A stretch of DNA of 64,000 nt from Eledone cirrhosa (taxonomy: Eukaryota), in assembly GCA_964016885.1 (NCBI GenBank), contig OZ024742.1, positions 258,230,001-258,294,000 on the forward strand, given 5' to 3'. Under the pieces are notes generated by a model that saw nothing but the letters and a program-made list of their open reading frames with translations, searched no databases and had not been told where the DNA came from. Each line of letters opens with the position of its first letter. The first letter of the stretch is position 1. The position numbers and the translations under genes are program-made. Below are positions 13,528-25,541 of the stretch, one piece after another.

Positions 13528-14434
13528 AGAAAGTTAATGAAATATATTCATACACACGTAAGCGTGTACTAAGATATATCAAAGCTTAAAGTCTAGAGAC
13601 AATCTACACTGAATGCAAGATAACTTAGTTCGTAGAGTATTTTATTAAAATGAATAAGCATTAAAACAAAATACCTGATAATGATCAATATATTTCCATG
13701 ATATATATTCTTCATAAAATCAGAATAAATTTCACCAAATAATGGCGAAATTAGGTATTTTGAAACGGATCGTCATTGAGGGAATTCCAAAATAACCATT
13801 CAATTCAGGGTTGAAAGTGACTAAAACGCACATGGTATGAATATATGAATTTAGCACTCGCAACGACATGAAAGGGTTCTTGTCCACTAGAAATAGCAGT
13901 CCAATCGATGTCATGAATCCAACAGATGTCATGAATAATAAATAAATCAAACATATGTTTGATTTTGTATTATTCATGACATCCTTTACTTTGAATGTAA
14001 TATAATAATAATATTTCTGCTCCCTATTTGGTGAGCTGTTTAATATGTCAGAGGTTGGACTGCCATTTCTAGTGGACGAGAACCCTTTCATGTCGTTGCG
14101 GGTGCTAAATTCATATATTATACATTGTGCGTTTTTGTCACTTTCAAGCCTATATCGATCGAGATTGGTTATTTTTGAATTCTATCACTGACGATCCGTT
14201 TCAAAATACCCAATTTCGCCATTATTTGGTGAAATGTATTCTGAGTTTATGGAAAATACATATGAGGAAATATATTGATCATTATCAGGTATTTTGTTTT
14301 ATTTTTATTAATTTTAATAAAATACTCTAAGAACTAAGTAATCTTGTATTCAGTACAGATTGTCTCTAGCCTTTAAGCTTTGATATATCTTAGTACACGC
14401 TTAAGTTGGTATGAATATATTCCATTAACCTTCT
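13528..14434. repeat. foldback element with ~375-bp diverged inverted arms
   Basis: 13528-13903 pairs with 14055-14434, e.g. gcgtgtactaagatatatcaaagcttaaa and its reverse complement. Confidence 0.85.
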
Positions 14435-14529
14435 TAAAATGAGTAAGACTCGATTTTATTTTCTTGACCTGTTTTTAGAGATAAGACATGTTTAATTTTG
14501 TATCATTCATGACATCCTTTTCTTTGAAT

Positions 14530-14822
14530 ATCTATCTAAGGCGGGTAAAATTCCCGAGATCCATGGATGAGTTCTCTCCAGGGGTCTCTGTCCCTCATTA
14601 TCGCTGCCATGTCCTGCGTCTCCAACAGACCAGTGTCTGTCCTGAGGGCATCAACATACGTTAACCTTGGTCTTCCTCTTATAGTGTGTCCATGTAGGGG
14701 CTCCCAAAGGAGCACTGAGTGCAATGTTAACTCTGGATGTCGGTGAGCATGTCCAGCTAACCTCAGTTTCCTCTGTTTCACTTTTGAGCTGACTTTTGGG
14801 ATACTTCCATACAGCTTTGGGA
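14530..14822 (-). mobile_element. 5'-truncated RTE-clade LINE 3' end with 11-bp TSD
   Basis: RKLRLAGHAHR..LLWEP..RGRPRLTYVD. tttctttgaat occurs at 14519-14529 and 14823-14833. Confidence 0.85.
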
Positions 14823-15413
14823 TTTCTTTGAATGTAATATAATAATATGTCTTTCTTTGTTAATTTTCTTAATTTTATTTACTAATGTGACGAACGTGTT
14901 TATCTCTTCTCCGCCATTTATTATGGCTTACATTTTTAACAAGATATCTTACTCTCTTTTTTCTGCTTTTTTACCTCTTTTTTCTTTGTTTCATCCTGAT
15001 CGTGTGCTTTAATGTATCACACATTTTTACGCTCGTCACGCGAAATTGTATATGCTTTGTAGTTTAAAGGCTATAATTCAAGCTTTTGTCTTTCGTCTCT
15101 TAGTCCTTTGACAAGGCAAACGCTGTAATCCCGGATGGACCAGCAGTTCTTTTGGTAGGGGTCGAAACTGACTAAGTCAATCTCATCTGCAGATGACAAT
15201 GGAGTTCTGTGTTTTCTATTTGTGTAATTAAAAACAAAACTAATTTTTGAAGGTTTCTCCTTAAAAATTTGTTTTTTGATTTGTTTTGTTTCCGTTGGTA
15301 GTTTTGAACTTCCTTTGTTAATTTTCTTAAGTACATACAGGTTGTCCCCAAAAATGTATACACACTTCAATAACATTCTAATGAATAAGTGTATACATAT
15401 TTGCAGCATACCC

Positions 15414-15444
<31 letters not shown>

Positions 15445-15649
15445 CATCATGATTTCATTTTACGTCCGCTGTTCCCTGCTTACAAGGGTGGGACGGGAAC
15501 TGATTCTGGCTTGTTTTCTACATCTGGATGCCCTTCCTAACACCAACCTCATTTACAGTGAGTGCTGGGTGCATTTTAGCCGTGGCACCTACACGTCCAC
15601 TTTGTAGTGGAATGATATGGACCCCAGTCCCTATCATCTCATTTCTACA

Positions 15650-15780
15650 GCAGAGTAAACTGGAGAAATGTGAAATAAAGTGTCTTGCTCAAGGAAACAA
15701 CACATCACCCGGTCTGAGAATTGAACTCACAACCTTTCGATTGCAAGGCCAATGCTCTAATCACTAAGCCATGTGCCTCC
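15650..15780 (-). mobile_element. tRNA/CORE-like SINE head
   Basis: Closely similar to 221-338. Confidence 0.8.
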
Positions 15781-15814
15781 ATATATATATATATATATTT
15801 GTGTGTGTGTATGC

Positions 15815-15849
<35 letters not shown>

Positions 15850-16246
15850 TCTTTGAAGTGTAGTGACTGCTGGAAAGCTGCCATTACTCATACCTCTCGC
15901 CCCCTTTACCACCTCTTCTACGGCTTCGATATAAATACCCCCTCCGCCTCCGTGGTATTTTCTTCTAGGTTATAAGAGGCTTAGCTCTGTTTCTCGACCG
16001 TTATATCGCGTGACTATCTCCCCCTCCGCCTTTTGGGATTCTTTCTCACGTCGTGTAGACGCGTTCTTGAAGCTATAAAATGAGGTATCCTCTTGATAAG
16101 TCGGCAGACCTCGCAGATGCTCTATATCTTTATGATGTACTGTTTTTGTTTATGCCACGAAGCTACGTAGTCGAGGAATCTAGGAGCAGTTTAGGTATGA
16201 TTCATTTTATTACTAATTATATCTAAATGTTCCTTCTCTCTTCATA

Positions 16247-16292
<46 letters not shown>

Positions 16293-16296
<4 letters not shown>

Positions 16297-16409
16297 ATGA
16301 TAATAAATTTGAAGCCTAGAATCCAAAGAGGGTTCGATAAGAATAAATATATATCGAATATATAAGAACCGTAGAGCAAATATTTAATCTTTTATTTTAA
16401 TAAATATAT

Positions 16410-16410
<1 letters not shown>
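16293..16410. repeat. short pLTR-like family B (also 18130-18297 inverted, 40096-40180, 52216-52310)
   Basis: Shared core aatccaaagaggg..ataag..aaatatatatc.aatatataagaaccgtaga; always adjacent to (TA)n. Confidence 0.75.
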
Positions 16411-16470
<60 letters not shown>

Positions 16471-16600
16471 TATTATACACACCACGCATCTCAACGTACA
16501 CCCACTTACATCTCTCTCTCCACCACCGGATCTTGTTACCCGGAGATTTACCCATTTGCATTGTCGAGCCTTCCAAACGACTTAATGATATTCACAATAC

Positions 16601-16634
<34 letters not shown>

Positions 16635-16690
16635 GTAGATACATATATATATACACACACACACACATATATATATATTTATATATATAT

Positions 16691-16753
<63 letters not shown>

Positions 16754-16835
16754 CATACACACACACACACATATATATATATGTATTATATAAATATATA
16801 TAAATATATATATATATATGTAGATACATATATAT

Positions 16836-16978
<143 letters not shown>

Positions 16979-17537
16979 CCCTCTCAAATCCAACACGCTT
17001 GCACAAGATTATAATTAGAATGAGTTTTAATTTATTGTGATGTGTATTTCTTTGCAAATCTGTTTTTGCTTATCTAAGTGGCTGCGATATTATGGTTAAG
17101 AATTCAATATTTTAAATCCATATTACAACGTTTCCTTACAACGCTTATTTACAAGATATCCTTCCTTCCCTGACGTCACATGTTGCTACTGGTTTGCAAC
17201 TGCTATATTTAGTAGGAGGTGAGAAGTTGACTTGCAATATAGTTATACTCAAGCATTCTCTTGTTAGGTTAGACTTTACCGGCGTATGAAATGCTGTAGA
17301 ATATGTTGCGAAATGTATATAACTCATAACCACTGTGAATGAAAGGTGCAGCTCTAACAGTGTGATCAATCCATATTTCAGAAACTGACGTAAGTCCGGG
17401 AGATAATTATATTCAACGAACGTAGTGCCAATGCTTTGTATACATTTTACGTATATAATCTCCAACCTGAGCTATATGTTTTGTGCGTCAAATCGTGCAA
17501 CTCATCTCATTGGACCCCTCTTCCGGTACCTACGTTA

Positions 17538-17578
<41 letters not shown>

Positions 17579-17659
17579 TATTGATCGACTTTCGTAATAT
17601 CGTCGGTCATTCCAGTTGCTGGAACTATCTATTGGTCGCAACTGCAGCTGGAAGGAGAA

Positions 17660-17746
<87 letters not shown>

Positions 17747-17749
<3 letters not shown>

Positions 17750-17870
17750 GTGTCGCTGAGTGGTTAGAGAATTGGATTCACAATTTTGAGATTGTGTGTT
17801 CGATTCATGGACCAGGTGATGCGTTATGTCCTTGAGCAAGACACTTTATTTCGCGTTGCTCCTTCCAGCT
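17747..17870 (+). mobile_element. tRNA/CORE-like SINE, enclosed by inverted repeats 17582-17657/17860-17937
   Basis: gctgagtggttaga (A-box), gttcgattc (B-box), ccttgagcaagacact. Confidence 0.75.
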
Positions 17871-18006
17871 GGAGTTGCGACCAATAGATAGTTCTAGCAA
17901 CTGGAATGACTGACGACTTTACGAAAGTCGATCGATCCTTTTAGTCATAGTAGACTACCATGACTGAATCTTAACCATCTACTATGTCAGGGTATGTAAT
18001 GTATCA

Positions 18007-18075
18007 TTTTATTTTATCTGATGAGGACGTACTGTTGAACTTAACTCAGTACCTCTGAAATATGTATAATAAAAT
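18007..18075 (+). ncRNA. hammerhead ribozyme motif
   Basis: ttttattttat-CUGAUGA-g..gtactg/cagtac..-GAAA-tatg-UA-taataaaa. Confidence 0.6.
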
Positions 18076-18367
18076 ATAATTGATCATAAGGATATCTATT
18101 TTGTTAATATTTTGAATTAATATTTAGATATATATATATATATTTATTAAAATAACAGATTAAAGGTTAAGAATCGGTGCTTTCACCTTTAACGGGATCT
18201 TCTGAAATATTTGCTCTACGGTTCTTATATATTTGATATAAATTTATCCTTATCGAGGCCTCTTTGGATTTTAGTCTTCCAATTTATTATTATTACTATA
18301 TATATATATACGGCTCTGATACCATCAACACTATAAACACAGAGCTGGCATATCTATGAACTAACTA

Positions 18368-18423
18368 ACTGCCTGATGCGGTCATAGCCATTCAATGGCT
18401 TTCATCGAAATACATATAGCAGT
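18368..18423 (+). ncRNA. hammerhead ribozyme motif (core CUGAUGC), related to the 9.5-kb family
   Basis: actgc/gcagt stem I, agcc/ggct stem II, GAAA-tacata-UA. Confidence 0.6.
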
Positions 18424-18468
18424 AAATAAAGGATTATGAGTTCATGCAATTGACGTATGTTTCGTCAC

Positions 18469-18519
<51 letters not shown>

Positions 18520-18521
<2 letters not shown>

Positions 18522-18690
18522 CGAAGGAAAAGTGGTAAGGAACCAGGTGGACCATAACGCACCAAGGTACTCAATACTTAGGGTAATAGAGTGGGTAATA
18601 GGAACAAGTAGGACCCCGACGGCTGAGCTCAGTCCAGAATTAGCCGTCGAAACGGCTTGAGCTCAGACGTCGGGGTCCTACTTGTTCCTA
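18520..18690. mobile_element. short pLTR family A with a terminal inversion (also 39948-40076, 52352-52552, 63867-63990)
   Basis: Shared acgaag.aaa.gtggtaaggaaccaggtggaccataac..; sits in (TA)n. Confidence 0.8.
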
Positions 18691-18931
18691 TATATATATA
18701 TATATATATATACATATATATATTGTTATACTTGGGGAGGGTCATATTTGTGTAATATTGCCAGAATTAATAACAGAACACACTCACTGTTTGGTTGGTT
18801 TTCGCTTCTCGCTGTCTTTTATATCTGCGATCTAACTTAATCGGTCCTCAACGTTGCCATTGACTGACCGACGGTCAAAAATAATACAGATACAATATAG
18901 ACACAAACACATATATATAGTTTACATGATT

Positions 18932-18972
18932 TACATAAATCTTTCGTTGCACATCTGCAACATCGTCAGTGG
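18932..18972 (-). ncRNA. hammerhead ribozyme motif in the inverted pLTR
   Basis: Reverse complement of 23079-23120. Confidence 0.65.
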
Positions 18973-19631
18973 TGTTATATTTTTTCCTCCTGTTGTGTTG
19001 TATCTCTACGCCATTTTTTATTCAGTCTGTCTATATATTTATTTATTTATTTGCTTGTTTGTTTATTTTATTTTGTCTTCTTTGCGCATGCGTTTGCGTG
19101 TGTGTACAGTGTTGTGTGTGCTGTGTGACTAGTGTGTATAGTGTTGTGTCTGCTGGGTGACTAGTATGTGTTTATGTGCTTGTTGTTATTGTGCTTGTGT
19201 ATGTATTTATTTATCTTATTTTATTTTATTTTATTTATTTACTTATTTATACTTCTCTTAGGTCAGTGTTGTTTGTTTGGGTGTTGTTGTTGTTCCACTC
19301 ATTCTTTCTCTTTAGCTTTGGTCTTCTAATTTCTATTTCACTGGCCTCTCTGATTTGCCTATCTGCTGGGTCATTCCTATGTTTAGATATTATTCTAATT
19401 TCTATGTTGTCTATGTTACCGTCATGTTGTTGTCTAGCATTTTCGTATAGTACTGACCCGTTTTTTCATCCTTTTAGTTCCCCCCAGTGTTGGTCTATCC
19501 TTTCACCTATGCTACGAGCTGTCTCACCTATGTATGTTGTTGTCATGTTTCTGCAAGTACCCTCTGTACATCTTATGCTATAGACTACTCATAACGAATG
19601 CAATAGGCATTTCAAGAAGAAATTAGAATGG

Positions 19632-22600
19632 ATGAATAAGAAAGAACTACAAGAAAGGAAAATCGAATATTCTCAAAAATACCCAGATAACATCGACAAT
19701 ATCCGTATGACTGATGTAAAACTACCGGAAGAATTTACCAATGACCACACAGTAAATATCTATGGGAACACTTTAATCAGCGAACAAGAACAACAAATCC
19801 TACGGTTACCACCAAAATTTGCCATCTACAAAAAGATTAACCCTATGGAGTGCAAAACAGAGCTGGAAAAGTGTTTCACAAAAATACGTTGGAATGCAAA
19901 GGTAAACAACAACAACAATAATAACGGTAGTAGTAATATAAACATTAACTCTGGGTATAGAAATAACAGCCATAACCATAACAATGGCAGGAAAGTGAGA
20001 AATAGTGATAATGGCAATAATACTAGCGATAGACGGAACAACAACAACCACAATAATAATAATAATAGAAACGTTAACCACAGACACAGCAACAGTGACC
20101 ACAGTAGTAATAACGGTAACAATACGAACAACAACAACAATAACCACAGTGGTAATAATGGAAATGGTACATGTAGCAACATCAACAAAAACAAGAAACA
20201 TAATAATAGTAACAACCACAATGGTAGAAATAACAGTAACAACAACAACAATAACGGCGAAGTAAACAACAATACATCTAGCAATCATAACAATAATAAT
20301 AATGCTAATGATAGAAACAACAACAACCACCCTGATAATAACAACAACAATAACAACACAGACAACTATGACGATAGATATAATGACAACCCCTTGGAGA
20401 AACTATTTTTCAACCCAGCTGACAAAACATATAAGATGGGTAATATCTATCCTACGAGGTTACCCTTTAATAAAAGAGTTTGCATACCACAGCAAATAGA
20501 TGACGAGACGGAGGCACAGTTCACCATAGCTAGAAATAAGATTAGACAAGTAGTAGACAGGTATAGTAAGAGACAGAGCAGACCAGAGGCACAAAAACTT
20601 GGGAGAAAACCTGTAGAAGGCTTGGTTAGCCTCAAGCAGCGCACAAGGGATGGTGAGGTAGTGTGTCTACCCACAGATAAGTCTGGTAGGATGTCAATAG
20701 ATAGCATGCCGAACTACATCGAGGCTATGCAACCCCACATCACCAACACGAGCGAAGTTGCACAACAAACACACGATGGGAGGGAAAAAATCCTCAACGC
20801 TCACATGATGATGTGGACTGACATCCTAAAGCCAAGCAGACGCACTGCCAACAACTTCCAGGCGTCTAACAATGGCATACCACCCTTGTATGGGCTCCGC
20901 AAAGACCACAAGACAGTCAACGACCCGACAACAGGACCACCAACAAGACCCGTATGCGGAGCTAATATAGCTAGCAACTACAGGATCTACTACTTCCTCT
21001 GAATGGTTATACGCCCCATAATCAAGATGTCCCCAGATGTATGTGAAATTACAGAGGACCTCCTCAGCAGAATCAGTGAGTGCAACAAAAACAAGAGCCT
21101 ATCCAACTGCATAATAGGCAGCATGGATGTGGTGTCACTGTACCCATCCATTAACATTGATTTTGCGGTGAAAAGATGTGTGGAGATGATCATTGAGAGT
21201 GAGGTGGAGTTCTGCGACGTCGACAGACGAACTGGGCCTCCTACTTAGACTTACCTACGACACTGACTACCTAGACAGCCATGACCTTAGATGTTTCTGC
21301 CCTAGTAGACCTATAAGAGGTAGACCCCCCACCATACCCTCAAAGTCTAAAAAGACTCCCATAGGAAGGTGGATTGGGTGGACCAAAGCTATACGGAACC
21401 CCCAAAACACTGATCAGGTAAGAAAAATGGTCGCACATGCAATAGGGGCTAGTATCAAAACTACCCTAAAGGCCACATATTTAAGTTCAATGAGAAAAAT
21501 CTACACCCAAAATGAGGGCGCAGCCATCGGCGTCAGCATAGCTGGTGATGTTGCCAAACTTTTCATGGTATGGTGGGAAAGGAGACTTAAAGATCTCCTT
21601 AATGAAAGCTCCATAAACCTCATCATGTACTCTCGTTATGTAGACGATATCAATATAGTTATAAGAACACCCCCACTAGAGAGCACTAACAAGTTTGATT
21701 TAGAACGTAGCACGATGGAAAGCATCCAGCAGATAGCTAATTCCATACACCAGAGTATAACTGTAACTATCGACTTCCCTTCCAAACACCCTAACAATAG
21801 ACTACCTGTATTAGACACAGAACTCTGGATTAACACTATAGACGAGAGGGCCCAAATTCTCCACTCACACTATGCTAAACCCATGGCCTCCAAATACCTG
21901 ATACTCAAAAACTCAGCAATGTCCAGTAGTGCTAAGTTTAATATTCTGATCGCAGATTTGGTACGAGTGATGAAGAATGTGTCCAGCATGTGCGACCCAA
22001 CAGAAATGGAAAGACACATCCAACACTTCATCAACCGCATGCAGTTCTCTGGCTACAACCAAAGAGACAAAGTCAGAGTATACGAAGGAGCCATGGAAAA
22101 GTATAAGACACTCATAGAACTGGACATGAAAGGAATTTTCCCACTATACAGCAGCAAATCATGGAATAGCTTAGATAGGGCTAGACATAAGATAGGGAAG
22201 GCCACATCATGGTACGACAACCAGAGATATCAGAATGTCATGTTTGTGGACGCCACCCCTGGAGGAAAATTAGCTAACCAGTGTAGAAAGGCCCTGAGAA
22301 AGACCCACTTAAAAATAAAGGTGGTAGAAAAGCCAGGAACCACCATAAAATCCCTGATCAGCAAAACCTACCCTTTTAAGAAAACCCACTGTACCAATAG
22401 GAAATGTATCATATGTAAGGTGAACCCCTGGGTAAACTGTAAAACTAGAAAAAACTAGAAACGTAGTCTATAGCATAAGATGTACAGAGGGTACTTGCAG
22501 AAACATGACAACAACATACATAGGTGAGACAGCTCCTAGCATAGGTGAAAGAATAGACCAACACTGGGGGGGAACTAAAAGGACGAAAAAACGGGTCAGT

Positions 22601-22805
22601 ACTATACGAACATGCTAGACAACAACATGACGGTAACATAGACAACATAGAAATTAGAATAATATCTAAACATAGGAATGACCCAGCAGATAGGCAAATC
22701 AGAGAGGCCAGTGAAATAGAAATTAGAAGACCAAAGCTAAACAGAAAGAATGAGTGGAACAACAACAACACCCAAACAAACAACACTGACCTAAGAGAAG
22801 TATAA
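19632..22805 (+). pseudogene. PLE RT + GIY-YIG polyprotein with a few lesions
   Basis: LRLPPKFA, KIRW, TDKSG, YGLRKDHK, PTRPVC, GSMDVVSLYPSI, QNEGAAIG, YSRYVDDI, LPVLD, CTNRKCIIC. After a frameshift: VVYSIRC..C..YIGET...RQIREA..RPKLNRKNEW. Confidence 0.93.
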
Positions 22806-23078
22806 ATAAGTAAATAAATAAAATAAAATAAAATAAGATAAATAAATACATACACAAGCACAATAACAACAAGCACATAAACACATACTAGTCACCCAGC
22901 AGACACAACACTATGCACACTAGTCACACAGCACACACAACACTGTACACACACGCAAACGCATGCGCAAAGAAGACAAAATAAAATAAACAAACAAGCA
23001 AATAAATAAATAAATATATAGACAGACTGAATAAAAAATGGCGTAGACATACAACACAACAGGAGGAAAAAATATAAC

Positions 23079-23120
23079 ACCACTGACGATGTTGCAGATG
23101 TGCAACGAAAGATTTATGTA
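23079..23120 (+). ncRNA. hammerhead ribozyme motif in the 3' pLTR
   Basis: CUGACGA-t-gttgca-gatg-tgcaac-GAAA-gatt-UA; stem I is weak. Confidence 0.65.
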
Positions 23121-23374
23121 AATCATGTAAACTATATATATGTGTTTGTGTCTATATTGTATCTGTATTATTTTTGACCGTCGGTCAGTCAATGGCAACA
23201 TTGAGGACCGATTAAGTTAGATCGCAGATATAAAAGACAGCGAGAAGCGAAAACCAACCAAACAGTGAGTGTGTTCTGTTATTAATTCTGGCAATATTAC
23301 ACAAATATGACCCTCCCCAAGTATAACAATATTTGTTTCGACACGATTTCATATAAAAAGCCTCGCTAAACTAT

Positions 23375-23451
<77 letters not shown>

Positions 23452-23588
23452 GGAATAGAATGAAACGAAATTTCATTTCTCACTCTTAGTACGGCAGTTA
23501 CTTAGATGTAAGTATGTATGAATGTATGTATACGTACATACATATATCTATACAGACGTACAGTAATATGTATATATATACATACATG

Positions 23589-23639
<51 letters not shown>

Positions 23640-23716
23640 GTATGGGTTTACCGAACTTTAGTATAATGCTCGGTTTGTTTGTTTGTAAACAAACAGCCCG
23701 AATTACTGACACAGGA

Positions 23717-23759
23717 ACGGTGTACTAGTTTCAAGCGTATTAGCTATCTTCAGCATCGT
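23717..23759 (-). ncRNA. type I minimal hammerhead ribozyme
   Basis: acgatg-CUGAAGA-tagc/gctt-GAAA-ctag-UA-caccgt. Confidence 0.7.
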
Positions 23760-23882
23760 ATACCTTCCTGCCAGATTGTTGAACGTCTGAAAGTATATAC
23801 TTTCCTTATGCATATTAACGGCTGAGCAGCATAATTTGCATATCGAGTGTATATATGTGTGCATGTATGTATATATATATTG

Positions 23883-24341
23883 AATTCAACTGAACAATCA
23901 TATATTAATGTTGTCATCAACATTTTCGTATTTACAGAGTGGAACGGATATGACAGAGATTACAACTGAATTGTATAATAATTAAAGAGGCATTAAGGTA
24001 GAAAGTTACTCGTAAAACGAGGACACTAGCACTACATATGCAAGCGTATAGAGAGTGCAAATGCGTTATGCATATACTGCCTAGCTGTCCTGTATATGCC
24101 TAACGCATTTGCATTCTCTATACTCTTGCATATGTACTGCTAGTGTCCTCGTTTTACGAGTATCTTTCTACCTTAATGCCTCTTTAATTAGTATAATATT
24201 CCCTTGTAATCTGTGTCGCATGCATTCCACTCTGTGCCTCTTTAATTATTATACAATTATCTTGTAATCTCCGGCACATCCATTTCCCTCTGTAAATACG
24301 AAACTGTATATATCCATGTATCTATATGATTGTTCAGATGA
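23883..24341. repeat. palindrome with ~200-bp arms and an internal duplication in the right arm
   Basis: Centre near 24077-24092; e.g. ctcgtaaaacgaggacactagc pairs with gctagtgtcctcgttttacgag. Confidence 0.85.
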
Positions 24342-24375
24342 ATAGGAAGTTAATTATATGTACAAATGTTGGTAG

Positions 24376-24420
24376 TGCTCTGATGACCAAACGAACGTTT
24401 GGAAGAAACGATTGTCAGCA
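24376..24420 (+). ncRNA. type I minimal hammerhead ribozyme with a GUC cleavage triplet
   Basis: tgct-CUGAUGA-ccaaacg-aa-cgtttgg-aa-GAAA-cgatt-GUC-agca. Confidence 0.8.
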
Positions 24421-24456
24421 ATAAAATGATTTGAACATAGCTTTGATTATTGTGTA

Positions 24457-24606
<150 letters not shown>

Positions 24607-24607
24607 G

Positions 24608-24638
<31 letters not shown>

Positions 24639-24704
24639 GTATATATATATATATATATATGGAATGTAGAAAGGTGACACACATATATGTATATCTATAT
24701 ATAT

Positions 24705-24905
24705 ATATTAATACAAGGAATTCCAACATTGTCTGATTTACTCGTTTTATTTACAATCCTTTAAAAATTATAATGGTATTATAATGAAATAGTATGATAG
24801 AACATTAAATGATAAGTGTTAATTGAACAAGTACTTTCATGCTTTCGCAATCTTCAGGTTCATAATTTGTGGTGACAATCAAGTTTGCAATTTTCAACTG
24901 TGAAA
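24705..24905 (-). mobile_element. solo pLTR of the Neptune-like family at 28355-34455, containing an HHR at 24824-24862
   Basis: Near-identical to 28357-28550. Confidence 0.9.
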
Positions 24906-25013
24906 ATTGGGGTTATAATAGGGGTTATAATATATAAAGTAATATATAAAGTAACAGTAGAATAAATAAATAAATAAAAAGCAGAAAACATGCATATACG
25001 CGAACAAGCTCAT

Positions 25014-25059
<46 letters not shown>

Positions 25060-25188
25060 GTACAGACAAAAAGACATGCACCAAAGGTTACATACACATA
25101 CATGCGTACATACATAAATCCGCATACATACACACAATACACATATATATATACATACAAGCACATCTAACCACACGCATACACGCGA

Positions 25189-25231
<43 letters not shown>

Positions 25232-25238
<7 letters not shown>

Positions 25239-25471
25239 ATACTTTGGGTGGGTCATGTTGCCAATAAGAAACACACGCACCCGATGCATCACTTCAATTT
25301 ATTATAATAAATTTATAAATTTAGGAATTTATAAATTTATTATAATAAATCGAAGTGAAAGCAAGTGGTGCGTGTGTTTCTTATTGGCAACATGACCCTC
25401 GCAAAGTATATCAATATCGGTTTCAACACATGTTTTCAGATAAAGAATCTTGCTAAACAAATTCGGAAACG

Positions 25472-25474
<3 letters not shown>
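25232..25474. mobile_element. mini-palindromic pLTR end (arms 25232-25416 plus tail)
   Basis: Same terminus as 36740-36890 and 23300-23378; flanked by (TA)n. Confidence 0.8.

Positions 25475-25539
<65 letters not shown>

Positions 25540-25541
<2 letters not shown>

Larger units (their letters stand above)
18721..23378 (+). mobile_element. Penelope-like element (tentatively Nematis-like), 5'-truncated, with an 870-bp inverted 3' copy upstream
   Basis: 18721-19588 is the reverse complement of 22463-23330. A ~48-nt tail is present only on the right. (TA)n flanks both sides. Confidence 0.93.

Noticed and set aside
17895-17937. ctgacga-ctttac-gaaa as a hammerhead
   Set aside because: It has no stem II pairing or convincing stem I.
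19176-20330. Hydrophobic membrane-protein-like ORFs (19176..19583, 19806..20330, also 22445..22876)
   Set aside because: They are antisense shadows of the GIY-YIG and Asn-rich coding sequence.
21000-21002. In-frame TGA as selenocysteine or programmed readthrough
   Set aside because: It is not a Cys position (the paralog near 12250 has a non-Cys residue), a TCA-to-TGA change explains it, and this is not a Naiad.
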